Assembly (NCBI RefSeq): GCF_900289195.1
Contig: NZ_OMOH01000004.1
Span: forward strand, 120,001 to 152,000
Source of the DNA: Propionibacterium ruminifibrarum
Lineage (GTDB): Bacteria > Actinomycetota > Actinomycetes > Propionibacteriales > Propionibacteriaceae
DNA length: 32,000 nucleotides
Direction of reading: 5' to 3'
Every line of letters begins with the position of its first letter. The stretch's first letter is position 1. Under the pieces are notes generated by a model, which was not told where the DNA came from, ran no database searches, and worked only from the letters and a program-made list of their open reading frames with translations. This document shows positions 11,506 to 20,945 of this stretch, piece after piece. Both the position numbers and the translations under genes were made by a program.

Positions 11506-12263
11506 GCGCAGACCACCTTCAGGTCCTTGTTCTGGATGAGTTCGAGTTGACGGTGTGGGATGCCGGTGTCGGTGATGAGGACGTCGATGTCGTCGAGTGT
11601 GGCGAAACGCACTGTGGACTCGGCGCCGATCTTACGGGAGTCGGCGAGGACGACGACGGTGCGGGCCGCGCCGATCATGGCTGTCTTCGTGGCGGCCTCG
11701 TCGACGTCGGGGGTCGACAGGCCGTGCTCGACCGAGAGCGCGTTGGTCCCCATGAAGGCCACGTCGACGCGCAGCCGCTCGAACTCGCCCACATTGCCGA
11801 CGGTGGCGGCCGTCGTGCCGCGCAGCCGCCCGCCGACGAGGCGCACCTCGCAGCTCGTGCGCGCCCCGACCTGGGCGGCGATGGGGGCCGAGTTCGTGAA
11901 GACGATGAAGTGCGCGTCCGCCGGCAGGTGGGCCGCCAGCCGCGCGGCCGAGGAGCCGGCGTCCAGCAGGACCGTGCCGCCGTCCGCCGGCAGGTGTTCG
12001 ACCGCCTTGAGGGCCATGCGCTCCTTCTCGTCGACCGCGGAGGCGTCGCGGGTGTCGAGCGGGGCGTCACCCAGTTGGTCGAAGTCGGCGGGGATCGCGC
12101 CGCCGTGGACGCGCCGCAGCAGCGCCTTGGCGTCGAGCGTGTCGAGATCGCGTCGGATCGTCTCGGGAACGACGCCGAGATGGGCGGAGGCCTCGGCCAC
12201 CGAGACGCGGCCGTTCTGGCGCGCGTGCTCGACGAGCCACTTGTGGCGTTCCTGCGGATACAT
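11502..12263 (-). CDS. fruR: DeoR-family transcriptional repressor of the fructose operon
   Basis: It has an N-terminal wHTH (RVSVAEASAHLGVVPETIRRDLDTL) and a DeoR C-terminal sugar-phosphate sensor domain. It is first in a fruR-fruK-fruA arrangement. The SD ggaggtg precedes the ATG. Confidence 0.9.
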   Translation of the reverse strand: MYPQERHKWLVEHARQNGRVSVAEASAHLGVVPETIRRDLDTLDAKALLRRVHGGAIPADFDQLGDAPLDTRDASAVDEKERMALKAVEHLPADGGTVLLDAGSSAARLAAHLPADAHFIVFTNSAPIAAQVGARTSCEVRLVGGRLRGTTAATVGNVGEFERLRVDVAFMGTNALSVEHGLSTPDVDEAATKTAMIGAARTVVVLADSRKIGAESTVRFATLDDIDVLITDTGIPHRQLELIQNKDLKVVCA

Positions 12264-12603
12264 CCGCCCACCTCCTGCCCGGAACCGCCGTGGAGCCGGT
12301 GTCAGGGCGATACTCCTCGCATCGCCTTCGGAGCGGGGCCGGGAGGATCATCGCAACCCCGTCGTTGACCGCGTCACGTTCCCAGCCCACTGAATGTTGT
12401 TATGCGTTGGACATTAGCGGGATCTCCGGGAAAAAGCTAGCCCTTTGACCCACAAGAACTCACTCATCCCAACATTCAGGTTCTGAGGGCCCTCCCACCG
12501 GACGGCGGTAGGCTCGACGGGTCCGCAGCGCAGTGGTCAGGCGCCGCCCGCGCCGACGGCTCCGGCACGGACGTCCACCAGAACCGAGCGTCCAGGGCCA
12601 GGA

Positions 12604-14169
12604 ATGATCGCATATCTCGTCGCGCACCCGCTCCTCACCATCATGGGTGTCCTCGCCCTCGGGGCGCTGCTGGGCCAGATCAGATTCGGTCCGCTGCGCT
12701 TCGGTGCCGCCGGCGCGCTCTTCGTCGGCCTGCTCGTCGGCATGGTCGATCCGGGGCTGGGCGACGGGCTCGGCCTGGTCAGGCAGCTCGGCGTCGTCCT
12801 GTTCTGCTACGCGGTCGGCCTGTCGGCCGGCGCCACCTTCCTGACGGACCTGAGGCGCCAGTGGACGCTCATGGCGGCGAGCGTCGCGGCACTGATCCTC
12901 ACGGCGGGGGCGGGCGTCGTCGCCGGCAGGGCCGCCGGCCTGACCCCGGCCCACGTCTCGGGCCTGTTCGCCGGCGTGCTCACCTCCCCCGCCATCGACG
13001 CCGCCCAGCAGGCCACCGGCGACGACCCCGACACCCTGTTCGCCTATGCGGTCTCGTACCCGACCGGTGTCGTCGTCGCCATGATCATGGTCGCCCTCGT
13101 CGCCACCCGGCGCTGGCCCAGCAGGCGCGACAACGTCTCGATGGCCGAGGCCGGCATCAAGGCGGTCAGCACGAAGGTGACCCGCGACACCGCCATCGAG
13201 CAGATTCCCGGCTGGCCGTCGCGGATCCGCATGAGCTATCTGCTGCGCGACGGCCAGATGCGCGTCATGAGCCGGCGCGACGAACTGCACCGCGGCGACG
13301 AGGTCCTCGTCGTGGGCATGCCCGCCGACGTCAACGAGGCGGTCGGTTTCCTCGGCTACCGCACCCGGCACGTCCTCACCGAGAACCGCCGCGACGTCGA
13401 CTTCCGCAGGTTCGTCGTGTCGAACCCGAACCTGGCGGGACGGGCCCTCGGCGACATCGACGTCCGGGAGCAGTGCGACGGGCTGGTCACCAGGGTGCGC
13501 CGCGGGGACCTGGAGATGCTCGCCACCGACGACCTCGTCCTGCAGCCCGGCGACCGGGTACTGGCGGTCGTGCCCCGCGGGCGGCTCGGGGACGCCCAGG
13601 ACTTCTTCGGCGACTCGGAGGCCCGCGTATCCCAGGTCGATGCGCTGACACTCGGCCTGGGGATCGCCATCGGCCTGCTGGCCGGCGCCGTCTCGGTGCC
13701 GCTGCCCGGTGGCCTGCGGTTCAGCCTCGGCGCGGCGGCCGGGCCGCTCATCGCCGGCATGGTGCTCGGCGCCCTGCACCGCACGGGGCCCTTCCGCTGG
13801 CAGCTGTCACATGCGACGAACCAGGTGCTGCGCCAGTTCGGCCTCATGATCTTCCTGGCCTGCGTCGGCCTCGCGACGGGCCCGGCCTTCCGGTCCGATC
13901 TGCTCAGCTGGGACTGTCTCAAGGTCGTGCTCGTCTCGGCCGGCTGCCTGGCCCTGGGCGGCGGCGGGCTGCTCCTGGCGGCCAACCGGCTCGGGCTGTC
14001 GGCGCAGCGCGCCGCGGGCGGGTTCGCCGGATTCGTCGGCCAGCCGGCGGTGCTCGGTTACGCGAATTCGCTCGTCAACGACGAACGCATCGACTCGGCC
14101 TACGGCGCCCTCTTCGCCCTGGGCACGGTGGTCAAGATCCTGCTCGTGCAGGTGATCGCGCTGGCCTGA
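12604..14169 (+). CDS. AspT/YidE/YbjL-family transporter (aspartate:alanine-exchanger family) with central RCK_C/TrkA-C domains
   Basis: The N- and C-terminal membrane halves are duplicated (LGALLGQIRFG..., LGLGIAIGLLAG...). They flank two soluble TrkA-C-like segments (GDEVLVVGMPADV, PGDRVLAVVPRG). Confidence 0.85.
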   Translation: MIAYLVAHPLLTIMGVLALGALLGQIRFGPLRFGAAGALFVGLLVGMVDPGLGDGLGLVRQLGVVLFCYAVGLSAGATFLTDLRRQWTLMAASVAALILTAGAGVVAGRAAGLTPAHVSGLFAGVLTSPAIDAAQQATGDDPDTLFAYAVSYPTGVVVAMIMVALVATRRWPSRRDNVSMAEAGIKAVSTKVTRDTAIEQIPGWPSRIRMSYLLRDGQMRVMSRRDELHRGDEVLVVGMPADVNEAVGFLGYRTRHVLTENRRDVDFRRFVVSNPNLAGRALGDIDVREQCDGLVTRVRRGDLEMLATDDLVLQPGDRVLAVVPRGRLGDAQDFFGDSEARVSQVDALTLGLGIAIGLLAGAVSVPLPGGLRFSLGAAAGPLIAGMVLGALHRTGPFRWQLSHATNQVLRQFGLMIFLACVGLATGPAFRSDLLSWDCLKVVLVSAGCLALGGGGLLLAANRLGLSAQRAAGGFAGFVGQPAVLGYANSLVNDERIDSAYGALFALGTVVKILLVQVIALA

Positions 14170-14276
14170 GCCGGCCGCTGCGGCCCGGGCTGCTACGGCC
14201 GCCGGTCGTCCTCCCGGGGCTGGAATCCGCAGGAAACCCCCGGGTCGGGTTCACCCGTTCCGGTCGGCGATCCGGC

Positions 14277-15011
14277 TCAGCCGCCGGTGCCGTCGACCGT
14301 TTCCTCGGCGGCCGGCGGCTCGTGCACCGGCACGTCGTCCCAGCGGTCGAAGGTCAACGTGCTCGCGCCGTCGGTCATCGAGATCGGCAGTTTCGTGTCC
14401 GGGTCGATGACGAACTCGGTGTTGTGGCCGTCCGAGAACACCCAGGTCTCGGCGCCGTCCTCTGTGCTGCCGACGCTGGCGCGGTTGACCGTGCTGGTGT
14501 CGAGGTCGGCCATGACGAGGTCGATGAGCGCGCTCGGTGCGGTCGACTTGCCGAGCCGCTCGCTGTCCTCGGCACCGACCTTGACCCACTTGTCCTTGAT
14601 GAACTCGTACTGCTCGCTGGTGATCCCGTTGGCAGTCCAGTAGGCCTCGTTGCCGCGCACGTAGGTGGTGCCGTCGACGACGACGATCTCGGCGGACCGG
14701 TCGTCCTCGGTGACCATGGCGTAGACGTTCGAGCCGTCGACCGTGCCGAGGATGTCCGCGTTGCGCATCGTCCCCTCCTGGTCGATGCGCCAGCTGCCCA
14801 CCACGTGCACCGACGAGACCTGGGCGATGGCGTCGTTCATCTGCTGCAGGGCAGTCTCGGGCGCGACGGACGGGGTGGGGGTCGGGGTTGGCGTCGCGCT
14901 CGATGCGGAGGCACCGTCGGCCGAGCCGTTCTCGTCGGAGCCGCAGCCGGCGAGGCCGCCCACGGCGAGGATACCGGCCATGACGACCGCCGTCAGACGC
15001 ATCTTTCTCAT
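14277..15011 (-). CDS. Secreted lipoprotein of unknown function
   Basis: MRKMRLTAVVMAGILAVGGLAGC is a signal peptide with lipobox LAGC. It is followed by a Ser/Thr/Pro linker and a soluble domain. The start is taken at ATG 15011, after gggagc. The ORF is open to 15068. Confidence 0.75.
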   Translation of the reverse strand: MRKMRLTAVVMAGILAVGGLAGCGSDENGSADGASASSATPTPTPTPSVAPETALQQMNDAIAQVSSVHVVGSWRIDQEGTMRNADILGTVDGSNVYAMVTEDDRSAEIVVVDGTTYVRGNEAYWTANGITSEQYEFIKDKWVKVGAEDSERLGKSTAPSALIDLVMADLDTSTVNRASVGSTEDGAETWVFSDGHNTEFVIDPDTKLPISMTDGASTLTFDRWDDVPVHEPPAAEETVDGTGG

Positions 15012-15084
15012 GTCGCTCCCTGATGGACGAGGATCTCGCCTCGATCTTCCCACACCGGCCCGGTCCACCGGGCGGCCGCGGGGT

Positions 15085-16605
15085 TCAGCCCACGTATTCG
15101 CGCACCTTCCTGCCGCGGATGTAGCCGACCAGTGCGAGCAGGACGATGAAGGCCAGCGTACCCAGCGTCAGGGCCTCGAAGGAGGCGTAGGAGACGCCGG
15201 AGGCCTGTGAGAAGTCGTAGTCGATGCCGATCAGCGTCTCGAGCGTGCCGGGGAAGATGCTCACCCACGAGCCGAGGGCGACGAACGCCGTGGTGATGAT
15301 GCACAGCGCGCTGAAGACTCCGTTGGGGCCGGGCACCCGGAAGGGCCGCACGGCCTCCGGCACGGACAGGCGCAGCTTCATGGCGGCCGGGATGACGATG
15401 AGATAGCTGAACAGGTAGGTCGTGATCGAGACGCCGAGGACGACGTCGAAAAGGGCCGCGCTGGAGCCGGTGAGGCTCATGGCGGCGATCATGAAGCTGG
15501 TCGAGACGACGCCCGACAGCAGGTTGACGCGGATCGGCGTGCCGAGCCTGGGGTGGAAGCGACCGAAGAAGCCGCCGAAGAACGAGCCGTCGGCCGCGGC
15601 CATGGCCTGCATGCGGTCGGACATGATCATCCAGGCGGCGCCCTGGCCGATGTTGGCGAGCGTGAACATGGCGACGGCGAGCGTCATCATGACCGGGGCG
15701 GCCTCGCCGTAGACCGAGAAGACGGTGGACACGGCGGCCAGCAGCCCGGAGACGCCGTCGATCTGGCTCGGCGGGATGACGAGCAGGATCGTCAGCACGG
15801 GGATCGTGTAGAAGACGCCGGCCATCGCCGAGGACCGCAGCACCGAGACCGAGACGTCGCGCTGGGCGTTCTTCATCTCGCCCGAGGCGCTCGAGGAACT
15901 CTCGAAGCCGAGGAAGGCGAACAGCAGCAGCGGGATGAGGGTGATGAAGCCCTCCTTGGTCGGGACGAAGTCGGAGCCGCCCAGCGGCTGGATGCCGTCC
16001 CTGGCCCCGTAGACGATGGCGGTGCCGACGAACAGGGCGATGAAGCCGAGCTTGAAGAAGGCCCCCACCGTCGGGATCCACTTGGCCTTCGACAGCGACA
16101 AGATGGCGGCCAGCACGGTGATCCAGATGAAGCAGATCTTGAAGGCGTAGTCGGCGGCCGATCCCTCGTGGAAGTGGACGAGGTAGGTGCGGGCGGCCTC
16201 GGCGTTGAGGAAGGCCATGGACCCGCCCACCCACACAGGCTGGGTGATCCAGGTGAGGGCGGATGCGACGGCCGCGGCGGGGCGTCCGAAGGCCCGGCGG
16301 GCCCACAGGTAGACGCCGCCCTCGCCGGGGAATGCCGAGCCGGTCTCGGCGAAGATCAGGGCGTAGGGGACGAGGAAGACGATGATGAGGAAGACCAGCC
16401 AGGTGAAGGTCTCCGGCCCCTGCGCCGACACCGAGCCCAGCATCTCGAGGCCGACGACGGCCGAGAAGATGAGGAAGACGATGTCGAAGCGGCCGAGGGT
16501 GCGTTGCAGGCGCCCGGTCTGCCGCTGCGCCATGCGCGTGTCGGTGGAGTGGTCCGCCCCGGCGGGGCGGTTCGCCCTGGTGGGTTGATCCGTTGTCGCT
16601 GTCAC
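15085..16605 (-). CDS. APC-superfamily amino acid permease
   Basis: It has about 12 TM segments and the GPETFTWLVFLIIVFLVPYALIFAETGSAFPGEGGVYLWARRAFG signature of APC permeases. The start is uncertain: GTG at 16605 is preceded by gggaagg at 5 nt, and the alternative ATG at 16533 lacks an SD. Confidence 0.86.
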   Translation of the reverse strand: MTATTDQPTRANRPAGADHSTDTRMAQRQTGRLQRTLGRFDIVFLIFSAVVGLEMLGSVSAQGPETFTWLVFLIIVFLVPYALIFAETGSAFPGEGGVYLWARRAFGRPAAAVASALTWITQPVWVGGSMAFLNAEAARTYLVHFHEGSAADYAFKICFIWITVLAAILSLSKAKWIPTVGAFFKLGFIALFVGTAIVYGARDGIQPLGGSDFVPTKEGFITLIPLLLFAFLGFESSSSASGEMKNAQRDVSVSVLRSSAMAGVFYTIPVLTILLVIPPSQIDGVSGLLAAVSTVFSVYGEAAPVMMTLAVAMFTLANIGQGAAWMIMSDRMQAMAAADGSFFGGFFGRFHPRLGTPIRVNLLSGVVSTSFMIAAMSLTGSSAALFDVVLGVSITTYLFSYLIVIPAAMKLRLSVPEAVRPFRVPGPNGVFSALCIITTAFVALGSWVSIFPGTLETLIGIDYDFSQASGVSYASFEALTLGTLAFIVLLALVGYIRGRKVREYVG

Positions 16606-16801
16606 ATCTGCCTTCCCGGCCGCGCGGCCGGCGCGCGCCTGAACCGCCCCCGGTCCCGGCGGGCAGGGGCACCTGGACGATCGTAGGCCCTGCACGGGGT
16701 CCGGGGCGAGTGGCAGGGCGGGGATGGACGGGCGGCAGGCCCGGCCCGTGGCGAACGACCGGCCCGGGTTCCGTCCGCCCAGCGCCCGGTGCCCGCGCGG
16801 A

Positions 16802-17026
16802 TCAGCGGGCGATCCAGTGGATGCCGTGCGCGTCGAACCAGCTCGTGGCGGCGGTCTGCGCGTCGGCGTCGGCGTCGAACTCGACGGTCGTCACGTGCAC
16901 CGGGAAGATCTCCATGGTGGTGGTGCGGCTGCCCGTGACGCGGGAGGCGAGGCCGAGGTCGGTGGTGAGCCTGTCGAGGACGGAGCGGGTGGCGTCCTTC
17001 TGGACGAAGAACAAGTCGAGAGTCAT
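16802..17026 (-). CDS. Hypothetical 74-aa protein
   Basis: The ORF has strongly G/C-biased third positions like the neighbouring genes, and a weak SD (aggaa). I recognised no motif. Confidence 0.4.
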   Translation of the reverse strand: MTLDLFFVQKDATRSVLDRLTTDLGLASRVTGSRTTTMEIFPVHVTTVEFDADADAQTAATSWFDAHGIHWIAR

Positions 17027-17451
17027 GATCGGTTCCTGGGCGTCGTGGTGGTTGGTGCCGGGGCGGTGCCTGCTGCGTACCGACGGGCGCCGGACCGTTC
17101 ACCGGTGGGACGCCGTCAGGAGCGGGCGCAACAGCACTGACAACAACGGTCAGCGGGCATGGTGAACCGCGGCATTCGCGCACGCGTCACCTGGAACATG
17201 CCTGAGAGTGTAGGCCGGGCGGCGCGGCGAGGCCAAGTACCCCGTCCACTGGGTGGACAGGCCTCACGCCGACATCCGGCATGTAACCCGGCGAGACGGG
17301 CGCCGAGATCCTGCCGTGCCGGCCGGACCGGCCACGCCGGTCCCTCACGGCGTGGCCGTCCCGAGTCTGCGCCATCGCTCGGCACACTCCCGAGTGGCCC
17401 GGCTTGCAGGCGCGCTCCACCGCCGGCCCACCAGTCCCGGACACGCAGGTG

Positions 17452-17483
17452 CCCCCGCCCACTCAGTGGAGTGGGCGGGGGCA
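17452..17483 (-). terminator. Hairpin terminator of the mtlA-dehydrogenase operon
   Basis: GCCCCCGCCCACT-cagtgg-AGTGGGCGGGGGC forms a 13-bp perfect stem. It lies 37 nt downstream of the dehydrogenase stop. Confidence 0.6.
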
Positions 17484-17519
17484 CCGTGCCGGTCACGGCT
17501 TCACCGTGGTACGGAGCCG

Positions 17520-18566
17520 TCAGGGCTCGACGGTGACCTTGATGGCCTCACCCTTGGCCACGACGTCGAAGGCGTCGAGGGCGTTCTCCAGCGGGATGTG
17601 GCGGGTGATGAGGTCGGCGACGGGCACCTGGCCCGAGGCGATGTAGGCCAGGGCGCGCTTGTTGTGCTCGGGGGCCGAGCCGTTGGCGCCGTGGATGTGC
17701 AGCTGGCGGTAGTGCACCAGGTTGGAGTCGCAGGTGATCGTCGGGTTGGTCTTGGGCAGCCCGCCGAAGAACGAGATGCGACCGTTGCGGGCGGCCATCG
17801 CCAGCGCCTGCTCCTGCGCCACGTTGGCCGGGGTGGCGGTGATGATGACGTCGGCGCCGCGGCCGCCGGTGAGCTCCATCACCTTGGCGACGACGTCCTC
17901 GGTGGAGCCGTCGATCGTGATGTCGGGGCTGACGGCCTGGGCGGACATCGCCAGCCGCTCGGCGTTGATGTCGATCATGACGATCGTCCCGGCCTTGTGC
18001 ACGCCGCGGGCGATGCGGGTGTGCATGCAGCCGATCGGGCCGGCGCCGAAGATGACGACGAAGTCGCCCTCCTCGATACCGAGCTGCTCCTGGGCATTGA
18101 TGGCGCAGGCGAAGGGCTCGGCGGCGCTCGCCTCGTCGTAGCCGACGCCGTCGGGGATCTTGTTGAGGCCGTCGACCTTGAGCACCTCGGCCGGCACGAT
18201 CATGTACTCGGCGAAACCGCCGTCGTACTGGTAGCCGACGCTGGTCTGGTTCTGGCAGACCTGCATCCAGCCCTTCCGGCACTCGTAGCACTCGCCGCAG
18301 GGCACGGCGGCGATCGACTGGACGCGGTCGCCGATCTTCCAGTCACCGGTCACATCGGCGCCGATCTCGACGATCTCACCGGCCACCTCGTGGCCCATCG
18401 TCGTGACGCGGGTGATGTTCTGGTGCCCGTTGTGGAAGATCTTCACGTCGGTGCCGCAGGTGGAGCAGTTCTTCACCTTGATCTTGATCTGGTCGGGCCC
18501 GCACTCGGGCTCGGGGACGTCCTCGAGCCTGACGTCCTCGGGGGCGTGGAAACGCAGTGCCTTCAT
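17520..18566 (-). CDS. Zinc-dependent MDR-family polyol(-phosphate) dehydrogenase
   Basis: The catalytic Zn ligands are present (CSTCGTD, GHEVAGE), as are the structural Zn motif CGECYECRKG and the Rossmann motif IFGAGPIG. The start lies 5 nt after the mtlA stop, and the SD ggaggagg sits inside the mtlA 3' end. Confidence 0.9.
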   Translation of the reverse strand: MKALRFHAPEDVRLEDVPEPECGPDQIKIKVKNCSTCGTDVKIFHNGHQNITRVTTMGHEVAGEIVEIGADVTGDWKIGDRVQSIAAVPCGECYECRKGWMQVCQNQTSVGYQYDGGFAEYMIVPAEVLKVDGLNKIPDGVGYDEASAAEPFACAINAQEQLGIEEGDFVVIFGAGPIGCMHTRIARGVHKAGTIVMIDINAERLAMSAQAVSPDITIDGSTEDVVAKVMELTGGRGADVIITATPANVAQEQALAMAARNGRISFFGGLPKTNPTITCDSNLVHYRQLHIHGANGSAPEHNKRALAYIASGQVPVADLITRHIPLENALDAFDVVAKGEAIKVTVEP

Positions 18567-18571
18567 TGTGT

Positions 18572-20536
18572 TCAGTCCTCCTCCGGTGCAAGGAGTTCCT
18601 GCACCTGTTCAACGGTGGTGGCGGTGCGCAGCTGCTCCGCCCTGTTCTTGTCGGCCAGCACGCTCGCGAGTGCTGACATGATGCCGATGTGCTCGTCCGA
18701 GGCCGAGGCGATGGGGATGGCCACGTAGCACGTCTTGCCGTTCCAGTCGACGCCGTCGGGGAACTGCAGGAACCCCAGGGCGGCGTGCTTGATGTGGGCG
18801 CGGGCCTCGTTGGTGCCGTGCGGGATCGAGAAGCCCTCGCCCATGTAGGTGGACACCTGGCCCTCACGCTCGATCATGCCATCGACGTACTCGGGGCCGG
18901 CGGCCTGGACGTCGACGAGCACCTGACCGGCCTGGCGGACGGCGTCGTCCTTGTCCACGGCGCTCAGACCCAGCTTGATGGCCTCCGCGGGCAGGATGTC
19001 GGGCGCCAGGGACTTCTTCTTGCGGGTGGCCCGGGCGGCAGCGACCGCCACGGCGGCGTCGCCGTCACCGGCGGCAGGGGCCTCGGCGGCCTGCGAGCCA
19101 CCGGAGTGGGCGGCCTTGACCTTCTCCTCGACCTCGGTGAAGACCGGGTCGCCGACGTAGTTCTTGAACGGGACGACGGCGGCCTGCGGCACCTTGGCGT
19201 GGGCCCGTTCGGCCAGGCCCTCCTGGGTGAGGACGACGGTGGCGTCGGACGGGATCGAGTCGATCGGGGTGTGGATGACCTCGACGCCGTACGGAGCCAG
19301 CTTCTTCTTCATGGTCGAGGCGACCATGACCGAGGAGCCCATGCCGGCGTCGCAGGCGATGACCAGCCTGGTGAGGGAGGCCGCGTCGAAATCGCCGCTG
19401 GGGAGCGAGGCGGCCGTTTCGGAAGCGGTCGCCTCCGCTGCAACGGCACCGCCCTCCTCGGCGGCGGCCGCCGCCTCGTCCTTCTTCTTGTCGGGGCGGA
19501 TGAGCGCCGCGGCGACGAGGAACGAGACCGCAGTGGCGACGACGAAGTCGGCGATCATCGGCAGGTAGCCGCTGCGCGGGCACATGAGGAACCAGGCGAT
19601 GATCGAGCCCGGCGAGGCCGGGCCGGACAGGCCGGCCCCGAGCAGGGTGCCAACGGCCAGGCCGGACATGGCGCCGGCGATGGTGGCGAGGATCGTCTTC
19701 GGCTTCATGAGCACGTAGGGGAAGAAGATCTCGTGGATGCCGCCGAACAGGTGGATGATGACCGCGCCGGGCACGGACTGGCGGATGTGCTTGGCGCCGA
19801 AGGCCCAGTAGGCCAGCAGCAGGCCGAGGCCGGGGCCGGGGTTGGACTCCACCATGAACAGGATCGACTGGCCGGCGGCGTGCACCTGCTCGGTGCCGAG
19901 CGGGGTGAGGATGCCGTGGTTGATCGCGTTGTTGAGGAAGAGCACCTTGGCGGGCTCGACGAGGATCGAGGCCAGGGGCAGCATGTGGTGACCGATGAGG
20001 AAGTCGACGCCGGCGGCCATCCACCCCATGAAGAGGTTGACCAGCGGGCCGATGCCCTGGTGGCCGAGGATGGCCAGGAGCAGGCCGAGAATGCCCAGCG
20101 AGAAGTTGTCGACGAGCATCTCGAAGCCGGAGGGGACCTTGGACTCGAGGAAGCCGTCGATCTTCTTGAGCAGCCACGCCGCGAGGGGGCCCATCACCAT
20201 GGCGCCGATGAACATGGGGATCTCGGCGCCGACGATGACACCCATCGTGGCGATCGCGCCGACGACGGCGCCACGGGTGCCGTGGACGGTCCGGCCGCCG
20301 GTGTAGCCGATGAGTAGCGGGAGTAGGTAGTTGAGCATGGGATCGCTCAACGTGACGAGGTTCTCGTTGGGGATCCACCCGGTCGAGATGAACAGGGCCG
20401 CCACGAAGCCCCAGGCGATGAAGGCACCGATGTTCGGCATGATCATCCCGGCGAGGAAGCTGCCGAAACGCTGGATCGAGGCACGGACGCCCCTGCCCTC
20501 AAGGTTCTTGTTGACTGTTGCGTCAGGTAGAGACAT
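18572..20536 (-). CDS. mtlA: PTS mannitol-family transporter, fused EIIC-EIIB-EIIA
   Basis: The N-terminal EIIC(Mtl) reads VQRFGSFLAGMIMPNIGAFIAWG. EIIB carries VIACDAGMGSSVM, and the C-terminal EIIA carries FSIPHGTNEAR. The SD aggaga precedes the ATG. Confidence 0.93.
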   Translation of the reverse strand: MSLPDATVNKNLEGRGVRASIQRFGSFLAGMIMPNIGAFIAWGFVAALFISTGWIPNENLVTLSDPMLNYLLPLLIGYTGGRTVHGTRGAVVGAIATMGVIVGAEIPMFIGAMVMGPLAAWLLKKIDGFLESKVPSGFEMLVDNFSLGILGLLLAILGHQGIGPLVNLFMGWMAAGVDFLIGHHMLPLASILVEPAKVLFLNNAINHGILTPLGTEQVHAAGQSILFMVESNPGPGLGLLLAYWAFGAKHIRQSVPGAVIIHLFGGIHEIFFPYVLMKPKTILATIAGAMSGLAVGTLLGAGLSGPASPGSIIAWFLMCPRSGYLPMIADFVVATAVSFLVAAALIRPDKKKDEAAAAAEEGGAVAAEATASETAASLPSGDFDAASLTRLVIACDAGMGSSVMVASTMKKKLAPYGVEVIHTPIDSIPSDATVVLTQEGLAERAHAKVPQAAVVPFKNYVGDPVFTEVEEKVKAAHSGGSQAAEAPAAGDGDAAVAVAAARATRKKKSLAPDILPAEAIKLGLSAVDKDDAVRQAGQVLVDVQAAGPEYVDGMIEREGQVSTYMGEGFSIPHGTNEARAHIKHAALGFLQFPDGVDWNGKTCYVAIPIASASDEHIGIMSALASVLADKNRAEQLRTATTVEQVQELLAPEED

Positions 20537-20704
20537 CGAATCTCCTGATGAACGGTGCCGCGAACGGCAGGATCTGCTTTGATCTGTGTTCGATTCTGGT
20601 TGTGTTGGTTTCTGTTGTCAAGGGGACAGAACCAGAAACTTATTCGGGCAAGCTCCAACATGGATGCGCAGACCGGCACCCCACCCCGCAACCGACGCAC
20701 CAAG

Positions 20705-20945
20705 CCACCCCCGCCCCGCGCGCGGAACCCGAGGTGGCGCTGGTCGCATTCATTGCGGACGCACGGGCCCCCGCCCCGGGCGAAGACCCGAGGGGCGGCG
20801 CCACTGGCGGGTGTCGGAGGCGACGGGCCCATACCCCGCGCGAAGCCCCAGGATCCAACGGCGTCGGGCACAGCCCCTGCACGATCGCCCACGCCCCGCG
20901 CCGGACCCGAGGGCCCTTTTGGCGCAGGCGCAGCCGTTGCGGGCA
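20705..20945. repeat. Degenerate 60-bp periodic repeat, about 4 units, in a non-coding tract
   Basis: The core CCCCG(C/G)G-CG(A/G)A-CCCGAGG recurs with its CCCC at 20714, 20774, 20834 and 20894, an exact 60-nt phase. The flanking GGGCCC/CGCCC stretch is also conserved. The inter-core segments are only weakly similar. Confidence 0.65.

Noticed and set aside
12861-15023. 720-aa + strand ORF, together with the 439-aa - strand ORF at 12460-13779
   Set aside because: Both are out-of-frame or antisense overlaps of the AspT-family transporter and the lipoprotein gene. They are extremely Arg/Pro/Gly-rich, and the transporter frame carries clear TM and RCK_C features.
17027-17451. Possible cobalamin, glycine or lysine riboswitch upstream of the small ORF and permease
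   Set aside because: Reading the minus strand, I found no B12 box, no glycine GGAGAG...CACCG cores and no lysine-element consensus. Only generic GC-rich complementarity was present.
20705-20945. CRISPR-like reading of the ~30-bp cores spaced every 60 bp
   Set aside because: The repeat copies are degenerate and contain indels. The 'spacers' share similarity with each other, as in a tandem repeat. There are only about 4 units, and no cas genes or leader are present in the window.
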